Shown: positions 11,961 to 25,699, counted from the stretch's first letter. The stretch is DNA of 59,833 nt from Negaprion brevirostris (GCA_030324005.1 JARDVH010000099.1:46062081-46121913), one strand, 5' to 3'. Notes: a model not told the origin generated them from the letters alone. Numbers and translations are program-made.

Positions 11961-13779
11961 TATATTTTAAAAATCTGCTATTCACCTATATCTCACAGCC
12001 TTCACACACTTGACCAATAGGAGCAAATTTTGCTGTTCCTGGCCCAGGGGCTAATGGATTGGCTGAACACTGGAAAAGTGGGAGGAGGGAAAAGCCATCA
12101 GATTTCCCACCAATTCAATGAAACAAGGCCTCCATTATGGACCTGAACTCCTCTCTGACCAATACTCTTTCTAGTCCCAGATGAATCACTAATCCTACAG
12201 GTAGGGACACAGAAATCTGTCTTATTCGGCCACTGTNNNNNNNNNGCACACAAAGGTATATTTACTGTGCCCAGTGGAGAGCCATGTACGAAGGAAGCTC
12301 AGGTCGGAGGTAGGGCAGCAACTTGCTTACATCATGGTTGTCGGCTTCATGTATCCTTTGAATGCCTGGTAGACTGAAGCACTACATTTGCCCTTTTTGC
12401 TATATATCTCAATTCTTAGGTGCAGACTATTATTCACTTCCCTACATTCCACTATGAATGTTCCAGTTCATAGTGATGACTGGGACCCTAAGAATGCAGA
12501 TCAAAGTAAACACTGTAACTTGTATGTACCCTGTTCTCCCAAACTCTCCCTTCCCTGGGTGACACTTCACATTCCTGTGATGTAAGTGTACCAGCTAGCT
12601 GACCAATGAGTTGCGATTTCAAAATTAAATGGATTAGTTAATTCAATCGCAGATTTAAATCAAGACAGTTTAGTCTTAACCAAGAGCTTAACGTTTCTGC
12701 CACTGGCTCCAGCCTTCTTTCTGTAGACTTATTCAGTTGAGCCCAATGGCTTGCTAGTCTGTTTGACCTTGAACTGAAACCCTCTGGTCTAAATTGTATG
12801 CCTGCATATCCCATCCTGCACATCCCACCTTGCATACCCTGTGGCTATACCTCTCTTCCTATAGATCGCTCTCTGAGGTGCTGCCTATGGACACCTGACT
12901 TCCTGCCTTTCTGGTCCTCTCATCCTCTTCAGAGGAGGTCCCACCAGTTGAATATACAATCCCTATTCACAGAAATGCAGATGACACTGTCTTATGAATT
13001 GAAGGGTGCACCCAACAGAAAGCCTGCAAAAAAAAGTTTGTAAGCCAAATAGCCTTGAAACGAAAAAACTTGAAAGGCAAAAAGAATCCTCCAAAATACA
13101 CTGAAAATGCTATGAACTATCAAGAATAAACTAACAATAAATTCTCACCTAAATTCTTAAATATTCACATTGGCAAGGCTCCAGTTTGCTTTTATCATGC
13201 CCTGGATGGAGAAATCAACAAAAACAGGATGGTCACCTAGCCATGTTGCCCATGTGCCCACTTCTGTATTGCACAGTCAATATAATATTGTGAAGAATTG
13301 GGCATTTAAGTGGCTTAATTGTTAGATTAATTGTCAGGGGTTGCACTTCCCAATTCTGCATATACCCGTTGACCATAATATCAGATGACATCCACCTGAC
13401 ATTATGACATCTGCCCAACATAATCTCACACAATTTTGCGCTTGTTTAGGTTGGCAGCGCATCCGATCCTGGAATTTAAAATTCAGGCCTTTGTTTTTCA
13501 CTCCCACTTTTCACATGCAGCGGTGTGTGCCCTTCCTTTTCTGGAACAATGTATGCTTACACTCCTCAGCCATTGTGTCACAAGGGCTGAGTCAGGCATA
13601 CGCAGTTTGTGCTTTTAACTCTCTGGCATGCTCCTTGCTTCACCTCCCCTCACCCCTCCATACTGTTCCGCATTCTTGACGTTGCATGAGTCAGGACAGA
13701 CATTCTTATCAATAGTTTTGTGACATCGACAACTTTGATTTTGCACAGCTATCTCAAGATGCCCCAGCCATATCATTCT

Positions 13780-14035
13780 TGATTGGATTGGATTGGATTT
13801 ATTATTGTTACATGTATTGGTATACAGTGAAAAGTATTGTTTCTAGTGTGTTATACAGGCAAAGCGTGCCATTCATAAAGTACATAGAGGAGAAGGAAAT
13901 GGGAGCTGCAGAATGTAAAAGAGCACAGTTTTAAAAGCGTAGAACAAATAGAATTAGACAGTATGCTGGGGACAGTTAGCAAGAAGTCACCACGCTCTGG
14001 CACCATCTTGGATCTTCTGACCAGTAAGAGGTAGA
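13780..14035 (-). mobile_element. Rex/Babar-related short element, minus strand
   Basis: (TTGGA)n tail + ATACAGTGAAAAGTATTG is the reverse complement of the 3' ends at 4280-4345 and 14660-14725. Confidence 0.55.
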
Positions 14036-14221
14036 AGTGGGGAGCCACAATGCAAGATAATGCAACGTGTTAGTGGGAAGTGAGGGCAGTTGAGGCTGAA
14101 ATCCTCCACAATGAACCAAAAGGAAAGGGAGTAGGTGGGTATTGGTATCACTGGAAGGAAGTGAAATAGAAACGAAGGATGCCAAATTTCCTTAATTTCC
14201 ATGTCTCCCACAACTCTCACT

Positions 14222-14725
14222 AGCTTTTACAGATGCACCATAGAAACCATCCTTTCTGGTTGTATCACAGCTTGGTATGGCTCCTGCTCTGCCCAAGACT
14301 GCAGGAAACTACAAAGGGTTGTGAACAAAACCCAGCCCACCACACAAACCAGTCTCCCATCCATTGACTCTGTCTAGTACTTACTGTCTTGGAAAAACAG
14401 CCAGCATAAGCAAGGACCGCATACACCTTGGACATACTCTCTTCCACCTTCTTCCAGCAGGAAAAAGATACAAAAGTTTAAGATCACATACCAATTGCTT
14501 CAAGAACAGCTTCTTCCCTTCTGCATCAGATTTTTGAATGGACTTGCAACATATTGAGTTGATCTTTCTCTCCACCCTAGCTATGACTCTCACACTTGAA
14601 TCTGCTTTCACACTTCTCCTTTCCTTCTCTGTGTATGGTATGCTTTGTCTGCATAACGCATAAAAAACAATACTTCGCACTCTGTACTACTACATATGAC
14701 AACAATAAATCAAATCAAATCAAAT
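14222..14725 (+). mobile_element. Rex1/Babar-type LINE 3' end
   Basis: ITAWYGSCSAQDCRKLQRVV and an AATAAA(TCAAA)n tail. Confidence 0.7.
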
Positions 14726-15028
14726 TAAAGCAAAGAATGTCAGGAGAGGAAAATCATTAGAATGAACTTAAGATAAAGAGTGCTGACATAAACTGAAGGG
14801 AGACAAGCATCAGCCTGACGTGAAGGAAGGGCAAAAAGACTACAATTTTGACTTAAAAGGGAAAAGATTAAAAGTGGCAGCATAAAAATTTACCGGATGC
14901 ATTGTCAAGGGCTTATAAAAATGGAAGGTGAGGGGGAGAAATGTGCCTGCATATTGAAGTATGCAGACTTATGGACAGATTTTGAGGGAACAATATTCCA
15001 TGTATCTCTCCCTGGCATGCAGTGGAAG

Positions 15029-15137
15029 TAATGATGTGGAGGTGCCGGTGTTGCACTGGGGTAAGCACAGTAAGAAGTTTCACAACACCAGGTTAAAGTC
15101 CAACTTTAATCTGGTGTTGTGAGACTTCTTACTATGC
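15029..15137. mobile_element. Tiny fold-back Penelope terminal-repeat insertion with a 12-bp flanking duplication
   Basis: 35-bp arms at 15065-15099 and 15103-15137 (3 mismatches, 3-nt loop). ATGCAGTGGAAG occurs at 15017-15028 and 15134-15145. Confidence 0.75.
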
Positions 15138-15864
15138 AGTGGAAGCACATATTACCAACCTCTACACTCGTATCTCGCAATCTTCTATCCACTGTGAAAA
15201 ATCCAGATTGACAGTGCACAGTTGGGTGATATATATACGCCCTGCTTGTATCCATCAGAATGAATACTCCAAATGGAAAGCCCAAGGAACAAATGGAAAA
15301 AACCCTGGCTTTATTACAATTTAACAACAGGCTTAGTAACTGAGAGTGTTCCACAAAATCTCACAATTCCCCCACCAGAAAGGAGGGAAGACCCCCACTG
15401 TGCCTCTTTTTTAATGTTGTTATGTTGCCTTCTATCTCTTGACTCACCAAGTGTTACCATTTCGTCTTTGCTTAAGATTTCCAGCATTTGCAGTCTCCTG
15501 GTTTATTCATAAAGTGACAGGATTTCACACTTAGCTAATTTGTAATGTGAAAAACTATTATGCCTTCGAGATAAAATACCTTTTAGAAATGACATCATTT
15601 TGTTTGATTAACATACGATGAGTAATGTGTTTGTACTGAAGAGTACAATATCAAGTATTAGTCAGTGTTGGAACCCAAAGAAACAACTGCAACATTATGA
15701 AGAAATGATGCCTTCACAACAATTGCATAAGTTTTTGGATCGGATTAAACACCCATTAATCATATATCCTATGCCAATAAAATTCTAAATCTCATAATAG
15801 AGTAAGGTTCATATACATTGCATTGAATTCAAATTGATGTTCCACACACTTTGACAAAAATAGA

Positions 15865-16470
15865 AACTTAAGAACCTAAGAAGTAGAAGTAGGATTAGAC
15901 CATAATAACCCCTCGAGCTTGTTCTGCCATTCACTACAATCATGACTGATGCTGTTCCTCAACTATAACTTTCCACGTGCTCCTCAAATCCCTTGAATGC
16001 AAAACAGATCAAAAGTCTGTCCATCCCAGCCTTCAATATACTCAGTGATGGAATGTATACGATCCTCTGAGATAGAGTTCTCAAGATTCACAACCCTCTG
16101 AGTAAAGAAATTTCTTCTCAACTCAATCTTAAACAATTGATCCCTTATCCTGATACACAGCCCCATATTCTATCTTACCCAAAAGGAAAAAACAACCTCC
16201 GAATCTAAGATGTCAAGTCCTTCAGGATCCTCTCTGTTCCAATAAGATCACATCTCTTTCTACTAAACTCAGATTATAGATCCAATTTACTCAGCCTCTC
16301 ATTACTGGATAACCTTCTCATTCCAGGACTCAATCTAGTGAAACTTTGCTGCACCATTTCTAAGGCAAGTAGATCCTTCGTTAGGTATAGAAATCAAAAC
16401 AGCACACTGGAGTCTCAACTAAATCTCATTGACAATTGCAACAACATTTGGTCTTATACTCCAGCCCCCT
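15865..16470 (-). mobile_element. CR1 LINE 3' fragment
   Basis: Minus strand encodes FKIELRRNFFTQRVVNL (CR1 ORF2 C-terminus); TAAGAAC-type tail. Confidence 0.75.
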
Positions 16471-16485
16471 TTCAATAAAAGAAAA

Positions 16486-17548
16486 TGGCTGGTAATTCCA
16501 AGTGCTGAATTTGCATAAAAAACTGGAATAAATTCCACTTTTGTTTATTGGAATTTTCACAATGCATCTCCCATACTTTGCGCACTGCAGGCTGTCCTGG
16601 CGTGAATCTCTTCAAAAAGTGCCGGGCAGGGTTTATGCCCACTGGAGAAGCCGGCAGAATACTGCTGAGCAGGCCACTGTGCATGCGTCAATCTGTCAAT
16701 GCTGAGGTCTGCACATGCACAGTAGCACCACACTGCCAATCTCTCGATTGCTGGTCAGCCCCCCGCAACCCCACATCGCTGCCATTCCAACCCCCTCCAT
16801 CAGCCAATTGCTGGTCTCTCAGACATCTCCGGGCCNNNNNNNNNNNNNNNNNNNNNNNNNNNNNNNNNNNNNNNNNNNNNNNNNNNNNNNNNNNNNNNNN
16901 NNNNNNNNNNNNNNNNNNNNNNNNNNNNNNNNNNNNNNNNNNNNNNNNNNNNNNNNNNNNNNNNNNNNNNNNNNNNNNNNNNNNNNNNNNNNNNNNNNNN
17001 NNNNNNNNNNNNNNNNNNNNNNNNNNNNNNNNNNNNNNNNNNNNNNNNNNNNNNNNNNNNCCCCCACACTCCCACCAATCTCCCCCCATAGGCCCTGCCT
17101 CCTATAGGTCCTGCCCACTCTAGCACCCCCCCCTTGGCAATGCCTGGTGGGCATTGTCTCTTTGACCCTTGGGTCAAAGTGCCTCGGGGCTAGGCTTGAA
17201 CTGGCAGGCTAGCAATGCCCAGGGGACACCCTCCCCCCTTACCCCTGAATTCCTGGGGGCCTCCATGTCCTCCCTTCATTCCAGCAGGGCCAGGCTGTTA
17301 GTTCCCCATTCATGGGGAGCTGTTGTAAATTTTGCTGGAGTGAACCACTGCTGGCAAGGGCAGGGGAGAGGCTAGCAGGCCCAGAGACTTCAGTTCTGGA
17401 CCCATTAATGGGATGGAAATCCCTATTTAAGCCACCACCGGAAATCCAGGACTTGGAGTTGCATGGAGACCGTGGCACCCAGCGGGAAGCCTGCTAAACG
17501 GCCTCCGCTTTTGTCTCCCAGCCCGCTGCACTGGGAGAATCGCCCCCT
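16486..17548. mobile_element. GC-rich non-autonomous MITE-like element (gapped)
   Basis: Left end resembles the reverse complement of 520-570 and 45220-45257. Right end GGGAGAATCGCCCC resembles GGGAGAATTGTCCCC (about 555-570). Confidence 0.45.
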
Positions 17549-18660
17549 ATATGCTCTTTGCCTTGCTAATTGTTTGTTGTGCCTGCATGCTAACTTTCTG
17601 GTTTCCTTGTGTGAGTGCACCAAAATCTCTCTCAACATCCACATTTAAAAGTTTCATACTTTATAGAGAAAAAAAATCCTACTTTTACGATTGACGTTAA
17701 TAACCTCACATTTTCCCCATTTTATGCTCAGCTTCACACGATTTTGCCCCTTCACTTAACCTGTCCATATCTGCCTGTATATTACCCTTGTTCTCTTTGT
17801 CTAGGTCTTTCATATAGATTATAAGTAGCTGAGACCCCAGTACTGATCATAGCAGAATTCCATTAGTCATGGCCTGCCAACTTGAAAATGCCCCATTTAT
17901 CCCACTTCTCTGCTTCCTGTCCATTAGCCAATCCTCTATCCATATTAATATGCTCCACATCGTAACTTATGTATTAATTTTTTTGTGTGGCACCTTTGTT
18001 GAATGCCTTTTTGAAATCCAAGCATAAAATATCCACCCTTTGTTGACCTTAGTTNNNNNNNNNNNNNNNNNNNNNNNNNNNNNNNNNNNNNNNNNNNNNN
18101 NNNNNNNNNNNNNNNNNNNNNNNNNNNNNNNNNNNNNNNNNNNNNNNNNNNNNNNNNNNNNNNNNNNNNNNNNNNNNNNNNNNNNNNNNNNNNNNNNNNN
18201 NNNNNNNNNNNNNNNNNNNNNNNNNNNNNNNNNNNNNNNNNNNNNNNNNNNNNNNNNNNNNNNNNNNNNNNNNNNNNNNNNNNNNNNNNNNNNNNNNNNN
18301 NNNNNNNNNNNNNNNNNNNNNNNNNNNNNNNNNNNNNNNNNNNNNNNNNNNNNNNNNNNNNNNNNNNNNNNNNNNNNNNNNNNNNNNNNNNNNNNNNNNN
18401 NNNNNNNNNNNNNNNNNNNNNNNNNNNNNNNNNNNNNNNNNNNNNNNNNNNNNNNNNNNNNNNNNNNNNNNNNNNNNNNNNNNNNNNNNNNNNNNNNNNN
18501 NNNNNNNNNNNNNNNNNNNNNNNNATCTTATTGAATGGCGGGGCAGGCTCAAAGGGCTAGATGGCCTACTCCTGCTCCTATTTCTTATGTTCTTATGTCA
18601 GACTAACTGGCCTGTTTTCTCCTCTTCATTTCTTGATTCAAATGTTGGCTGTTTCCTTAG

Positions 18661-18738
18661 TGAATTTCGAGACAACATAAACATGCAAGTTATACCATCT
18701 TACGCTTTCCAGGGACTAAGCACTGGAACACTAAATAT
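18661..18738 (+). CDS. FSHR: FSH receptor LRR exon (equivalent to exon 6)
   Basis: tttccttAG / GTAAGT, 78 bp, phase 2/2. (L)EFRDNINMQVIPSYAFQGLSTGTLNI, in frame with flanking exons. Confidence 0.92.
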
Positions 18739-19747
18739 GTAAGTACATATCTACTAACAGACCATCAGACACTGAAAATGAAGTCTCTAGCACAGCAACA
18801 TGATAACACTCAAAAACAAAAGTACATTTGGTAGAGTTGTTAACATGAGAAGGCAATATTGAATAAAGCAGACTTCAATAATGTCAACAATAATTTTTTG
18901 CATTATTGTTGGAGGATGTCCAATCTGACACCTTGGTGAAACTATGTAAATTAATCTTTGTTACTAGCAATGGAGTCCGTGTCAGTTCAGGTGCATGTAG
19001 AAATGAGAGGTTAAATTGGAAATAAATTTCTGTGTAATAAGACTGGTTGTCTAAGTCTCAGTGATCCCAAGTAGACAACCAGGATTGAACTGAGATTTGA
19101 GTTTCTTTCTCCTCGTTAAGCAAGTTTTGGTGATTCTTAAATCACTAAATAATTCAAGACTGCTGCTGTGAAGCATCAAGACGCTTGGTTTCACACCTGC
19201 GTATGAAAATAAGTCTCCATTTTCCTAGGAGAAATATGATTTTAAAAATAACATCTACTTGTAACAAAATGGGCAAGCTGCCCTCGCTTGCCATCAGTTT
19301 TTTACATTCTCACATCAGACCAAGTGAGCTCCACAGGAAATATAACTTCAGATTCTGTATTAAGGTCGATGCACAAACCTTCTAAGTTTTGATGTGATTT
19401 CTGAGTCTGTATGATCCAGAAATTTGAGGATTTAATTTCAGATTTGGAGCATTTATACGTGCGTATTTTGATCAGCTTCCACTTCTGTTGCCAAGCCCTC
19501 ATAATGGCCAATACAGTAAAAAGAATGTATTGCAATTTGTTTCAGAAACTGGGAATTGAATGTTTTGAGAACTTCAAATAGAACTTCAGTATGTAACAAA
19601 ATATTGTTTAATTTAGTGTTTTATTTGTACAATAAAGGAGTCAGAAAATAAATCATGTATACTGTTTTGGGTTATACTGTGTAAGATCATTTAGCAGCAA
19701 GGGTAAAAGCCAAAGAAATCTTTTTTTCCGTTTTTTTTCAAACACAG

Positions 19748-19816
19748 AAAACTGATTAACAATGGCCTCATCGAAGTACAAAGCCATGCATTTAACGGAA
19801 CAGATATAGATCATCT
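19748..19816 (+). CDS. FSHR: FSH receptor LRR exon (equivalent to exon 7)
   Basis: Polypyrimidine tract + acacAG / GTAAGT, 69 bp. (I)KLINNGLIEVQSHAFNGTDIDHL, with the family AFNGT motif. Confidence 0.94.
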
Positions 19817-19966
19817 GTAAGTTTGCTGATTTGGTTTTGCCCCAATGTCATGATTGCAGTTTTTGAGTTGGTATTGTTGAAGGGACACACAGCATGCCTT
19901 TGTCCCATTGCATAGTGGCTGTTCAGGAATTTTGATGGTTTTCTTTTTGCCTTTCTTTGTGTACAG

Positions 19967-20041
19967 CAACCTCACAGGTAACCAGAATCTACGGAAATTG
20001 CATGGCGATGTTTTTGTGGGAGCGACAGGTCCAACTGTTCT
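19967..20041 (+). CDS. FSHR: FSH receptor LRR exon (equivalent to exon 8)
   Basis: gtacAG / GTAAGT, 75 bp. (L)NLTGNQNLRKLHGDVFVGATGPTVL vs human FSHR [25 protein letters not shown]. Confidence 0.93.
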
Positions 20042-21699
20042 GTAAGTGAAATATCAATATTGCATGCAGCAAATGAAAACAAGGCACATTGGCACAACTG
20101 GTGGGCATTGTCCAACAACATTTTCAAGCATAAAAATGTAAAAAGTGGTGGAATTAATTTGGACTCAGTAGTAGCAATCAATATTTGTTCAATTGATTGG
20201 AGTCAAAATTAAGCTGAGGAACATTTGTTCATTAATCCCAACAGCTGAATTGGCCTCTCCTTGTCAGAAAATAAATGGCATTCTCTTCACTAAATTTTCA
20301 CTCCAAGCAAGTAGTTTTTTATACAGGTTTCTACCCATCATTGTTCAGCCAACCAGAAGATGGAATAATATAGCCTCATGCTTCGGCTGGAATTTTACAT
20401 GCCCTTTTGGGAAGAGGGGTATACGTTTGAGTTGCAGCAGGAGGTTTGATGGCATCTTCCTCCTTCCATGCCGTTTTACCAGTGGTGAGGAAGTTGGCAG
20501 GTTGGTTGCTCAGAAGGAACTCAATTGAGCCACTTAAGTGGCTACTTTCCCACCTCAAAGAACAAAGAACAGCACAGCACAGGAAACAGGCCCTTCGGCC
20601 CTACAAGCCCACACCGCCCATTTTAACACTCAGTGAGTGCCTNNNNNNNNNNNNNNNNNNNNNNNNNNNNNNNNNNNNNNNNNNNNNNNNNNNNNNNNNN
20701 NNNNNNNNNNNNNNNNNNNNNNNNNNNNNNNNNNNNNNNNNNNNNNNNNNNNNNNNNNNNNNNNNNNNNNNNNNNNNNNNNNNNNNNNNNNNNNNNNNNN
20801 NNNNNNNNNNNNNNNNNNNNNNNNNNNNNNNNNNNNNNNNNNNNNNNNNNNNNNNNNNNNNNNNNNNNNNNNNNNNNNNNNNNNNNNNNNNNNNNNNNNN
20901 NNNNNNNNNNNNNNNNNNNNNNNNNNNNNNNNNNNNNNNNNNNNNNNNNNNNNNNNNNNNNNNNNNNNNNNNNNNNNNNNNNNNNNNNNNNNNNNNNNNN
21001 NNNNNNNNNNNNNNNNNNNNNNNNNNNNNNNNNNNNNNNNNNNNNNNNNNNNNNNNNNNNNNNNNNNNNNNNNNNNNNNNNNNNNNNNNNNNNNNNNNNN
21101 NNNNNNNNNNNNNNNNNNNNNNNNCGGCCATTGTTACACCTTCCTCCTGAAGCTGTTGTCTCAGCAAAGGCCACCACTAACAGTGGCATTGCTGAGTCTA
21201 CAGCCCTCCAACTGAGCCAATAGCCAGCACCTTTAACTGGAACAGTGACCCAGTGGCAGCCGTTTAATTAGCTGCCATCCTGAATGTGGCTCTCGGCTGT
21301 GGACGAAGCTAGGTGGCCTTCCAGTTTTGGTTCAGATGACAAGATTTTGGCCATTTGCAGAAAGTTCAATCCTTTGACTTTGCCTCAAATGTTCTTTCCC
21401 TCTTATTGAACAATACCTCATCTCTACTAAGCATCTGCTTGTTGAAAATCACACATAGGTATTTCATACCTTATTATTTCAAGGCTTTGCCCATCGGTGC
21501 ATCAATTGACATATGAGTCAGCAGCTTGTGTGTTAATAATTTAATTTATTAATCTGGCTTTATCAATTCTGACTGTACTACTTAATTCATTGTTATTTTG
21601 TATCTTGTTGAAATAATTATTGGTAATTATGCACTCTGCTTTAGAGCATTTAATTAATGTCGATTGACATTATGAGATCAATTATTAGATCACCGTGGC

Positions 21700-22010
21700 T
21701 AACATGGTAGCACAGTGGTTAGCACTGCTGCCTTACAGCTGCAGGAAACCAGGTTCAATTCTGGCCTCAGGTTACTGTCTGTGTGGAGCTTGCACACTCT
21801 CCCCATGTCTGCTTGGGTTTCTTTCAGGTGCTCAAGTTTCTTGCCAAAGATGTGCGGGTTAGGTTGATTGGCCGTGCTAAATTGACCTTAATGTCAGGGA
21901 TTAGCAAGGTAAATATGTGGGGTTGCGCAAATAGGCCTGGATTGGAATGTGGAAGGTGCAGATTTGATGGGCCGAATGGCTTCCTTCTGTACTGTAGAGA
22001 TTCTATGGGA
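21700..22010 (+). mobile_element. HE1-like SINE
   Basis: TGGTAGCACAGTGGTTAGCAC...GGTTCAATTC...GATTCTATG; similar to 5632-6097. Confidence 0.8.
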
Positions 22011-22544
22011 TTCAACTTCATTAGTACATGAGGCTGACTTTGATGTCACCTCTTAAAATAAATGATGATCAGATGTAGCAAGTCCTGCTTGCTGCTTAGT
22101 GAAACTACTCGGAGGCCCAATGCCTTCTCGTGATCTAATTGCATTATTAGAGAAGATCTGGGGTGGGGGAGGGTTGTTGAGGGAAATTCGATCTGAGCTG
22201 AATAATATAAATGAATGAAACGTGGAGGAAATCCCAAGAAGAACCAGGAATTAGTCAGATCAGTTTGAGTTAGACCTGGGGAAGCATTGATGCTACCCTC
22301 GGCCCCACATTTGAAGCAGCCTCTGTCAATCTTTTTATCAGCATCTGGTTAGACTGCCCTACGTCGTGCCTTACTGGATAGAATATTTGCACCTACTTGA
22401 AGACTCATCAAAGTATTGGCAGATGAAACAATAGCAGAAGTGACAGGCCTTATGATCTCAGATTTGGGAGGACTCTGAGCCATTTAAAAATGGCATGTGG
22501 GACCCAATTCTGGGATTTCCAAATCCATTCTTGGCATCCCCAAT

Positions 22545-22752
22545 TTTCTCTGTCATGGATAAGCTGTGGGGGCAGAGTCCTTGTATGTATTTAAGGCTGA
22601 GATAGATTGATTTTTGATCAGTAAGGGAATCAAAGTTTATGGGGAAAGGGCAGGAAAGTGGATGTGAGGAATGCCAGATCAGCCACGATCCTATTGAATG
22701 GCGGAGCAGGCTCAAGGGGTCAAATGGCCTACTTCTGTTCTTATTTCCTATG
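22545..22752 (+). mobile_element. CR1 LINE 3' end
   Basis: ATTGAATGGCGGAGCAGGCTCAAGGGG tail shared with 18525-18597 and 49640-49927. Confidence 0.7.
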
Positions 22753-25699
22753 GTCTAACTCACTNNNNNNNNNNNNNNNNNNNNNNNNNNNNNNNNNNNN
22801 NNNNNNNNNNNNNNNNNNNNNNNNNNNNNNNNNNNNNNNNNNNNNNNNNNNNNNNNNNNNNNNNNNNNNNNNNNNNNNNNNNNNNNNNNNNNNNNNNNGG
22901 TCCCTCCACTCATATTCTCCAAGCCAACTCATTGCCCTTCCATGCCTGTTCACCTAGGATACGCTATGTTCAGAAACAAAGAACCCAACAGTAACAATTG
23001 TGGTATGAAACTGCTTAGGAAAAAAATTAGTTAAAGAATGTCAACCAAACAGACTATTAAAGTATGAATGCGGAAGCTTTAAATCCTTGATACCTCTTAA
23101 TCTGGGCAAATAAACAATGAGACATTGGCAAAAGTGATCACAGAAAGAAAAACTTATTATAATCTCATAAGATGTCAGTAAAGTCAACCTACCTCTGTAC
23201 CTATGTAAAAAACTCCCTCACATAACCCTTTTCGAAGACCCTGGGTTTTCAGCCAAGCATGCATAATGAGGTGATGGGTGTGAAAGGTGAGGACTAAAGA
23301 ACTTAAAACAATGGCCAAGAGAACCAGGCACTTTAACCGGCCCACCTTGGCACTCAGCCGCCTCGGTGACTGCCTGTGATCAGCTTCCCATAGTCAGCTG
23401 CCCTGACTGTACCCCATCCCAGATGGCAGAAGTCGCACTCTCTGGAATTGCTGGCCAATTGAGTGGGGAGGATTTTGGTAGGTGAGGCAGAGGGGTGATA
23501 GGAGAAAGAGTGGGTTCCAGGGAGGGACCGAGTCTGTACAAAGTGGGGACTTCAGTCTAAGGTAAGGCCTCTGCAATCAGGAAAAGACACTCCCCAAGAG
23601 CGATCTCCCCTTCCTTCCAGTCCTATGAACACTTAAATTTAAAAAAAACGCTTCCCACTCCTGGCCCACACCAACATCAAACATTCAACAGCATGGGCAA
23701 CATATTATCAGAGTCAACTACTTTGATAACAAACCTAATTGACCCTTAATTATTTATTTAAATATGGTGAGTAGGCTGCTGATTTCAGTACCTGCCCATC
23801 CCCTGAACTCAGGGGAGCTCAGGGGTGTGCGAGAAGGTGCTGAGATGGGTACCCACACCACTCCCCCCATCAAAACACATCCACAAAGGCATGTAAACTT
23901 CAGTCTACGGAGTGAGTTTGAGTAGTACTAGATGAGTGGCAGTGCAGTGGTGAGGAGAAACAAGCGGTGATAGCAGCTAAAGAGCAAGGTCCTGCTGACC
24001 AAGGGTCTCTGCTGCAGTGTCTATGGATTTAAACCTCACACACCTGCTTATAAAAATGCTTAGCATCTCAGAAAGTCCATCTACAGGGGTGTCCCATGTC
24101 TGTGGAAAATATCCTACAAGACCGAATGCAAAATAGGTCATTGGAGCTGTATGAAGAGGGCCCAAATAATGAAGGAATATCTTTTAACGATGGTTTGGCT
24201 GGTTTTAAAGAGAGCTTGTTCTCTTGCAATTGCAAGAGGCTGGATTGAGAGAACTTTGAGGCTGGCACACATAAGCCTATGGTTCTTTCATCTTTTCACT
24301 AGTTTGCACTTGTTTGCTTGCCATAATTTGTGAAACATTATGAAGTATTTCACATGCCCTGAGCTCCAGCTCTTCCTCACCATCTGAAAGAAGGCACCAT
24401 CAAGAAAATTGAGTAATGATAAAACAGCAGATTATTCAGAGGTACCTGTGGACCACCGATTCCACGTGAATAGGTGGAGGCTAATGTTAGTTTTGGATCA
24501 CATATATCAATATCAATGGAAACAAATTATCCAACGATTACGTATCTTTCGTTACTCAATATTTACTGTGTAGCAGTGTCAGTTGTACAATTGTGTCATG
24601 TTTTACAATTGATTCCACCCTAGTTAAAGCAGAGGGATTGTAAGTCACGTTGGAGCCAGTGTTAGATCTTTTCTTTCCATCTTCTCTGTATTTGCACTGC
24701 AATTAGGCTGCAGTGGCACATGGTGATTCCATGGACGGGAGTTTCCAGTCTTGTCCATGACAGGACCTGTTGCAAGAAAGAACAAAGAATTTGCTGTTCC
24801 AGCCAAAGCTCCATTCTCTCTAAGCAGCACTGGCAAATCACAGCTGCGAGCAAGGACGGAAGATTTTGGTGCACATTTCCAGTGTTGGCATATGCCAAAT
24901 GCAGTGTTTGTGGCACACTGGTGTACCATGAAAACCAACCCCACCACTACCCCCCCACCAACTACCTCCCCAACACCCGCCCCCCCCGCCCCCCACAACT
25001 CCTCACCCCCAGGTGCCACGAGAAAAAGATTCAAAATGATTNNNNNNNNNNNNNNNTTAAACAAAAACATTGTCTTCAGCTCTGTGACTGGCATTTCCAA
25101 GATCTGACGAATCCTGGGCCTCCCGCACAAATGCCAGCTAGGAAAGAGCCACACAAGCATTGTTTAGATTTTTCTACCTCAGGCCCAATGGGACTTGGAG
25201 CTGAAGAAAGTGGTGCCATGTGCCTGCGTCAAGAGCAAAAACTCAAAAATGGCGCAAAAAGCCTGGAAGAAGCGAGAGAGACAAAGAGAGGCTAAAACAA
25301 AACACAGGTGGAAGGATTGGAAAAAGTTAAAAACAAGTTCCCAGTAAGGGAAGAAGACGAAAAATAGGAGATGTGCCTCAATTCTTTTTATAGTATGGTA
25401 AAGGTTGCGAACCACTGGCCTAATGTGCAACAGATTGTTGATTCTTTATATTCTAAATTCTGAATGCAGTATTCAACACATTCACATTCTCATGCATTCC
25501 TATTGGTATTACATTATTTTTCTCAAAGATTTGTAATGTGCTTGAAACTGATTTTTAAAAATCCCTCAATTAATACATTTAGATAACTCTCTCCTCACAC
25601 GCAAACAGAATTCTAGATGTCTTATAGCAGCAGCATCATAATAGTTTTGTGGGCATAATGCTGATAACATGGACACCAACAGTCTTACTCTTTTAACAG

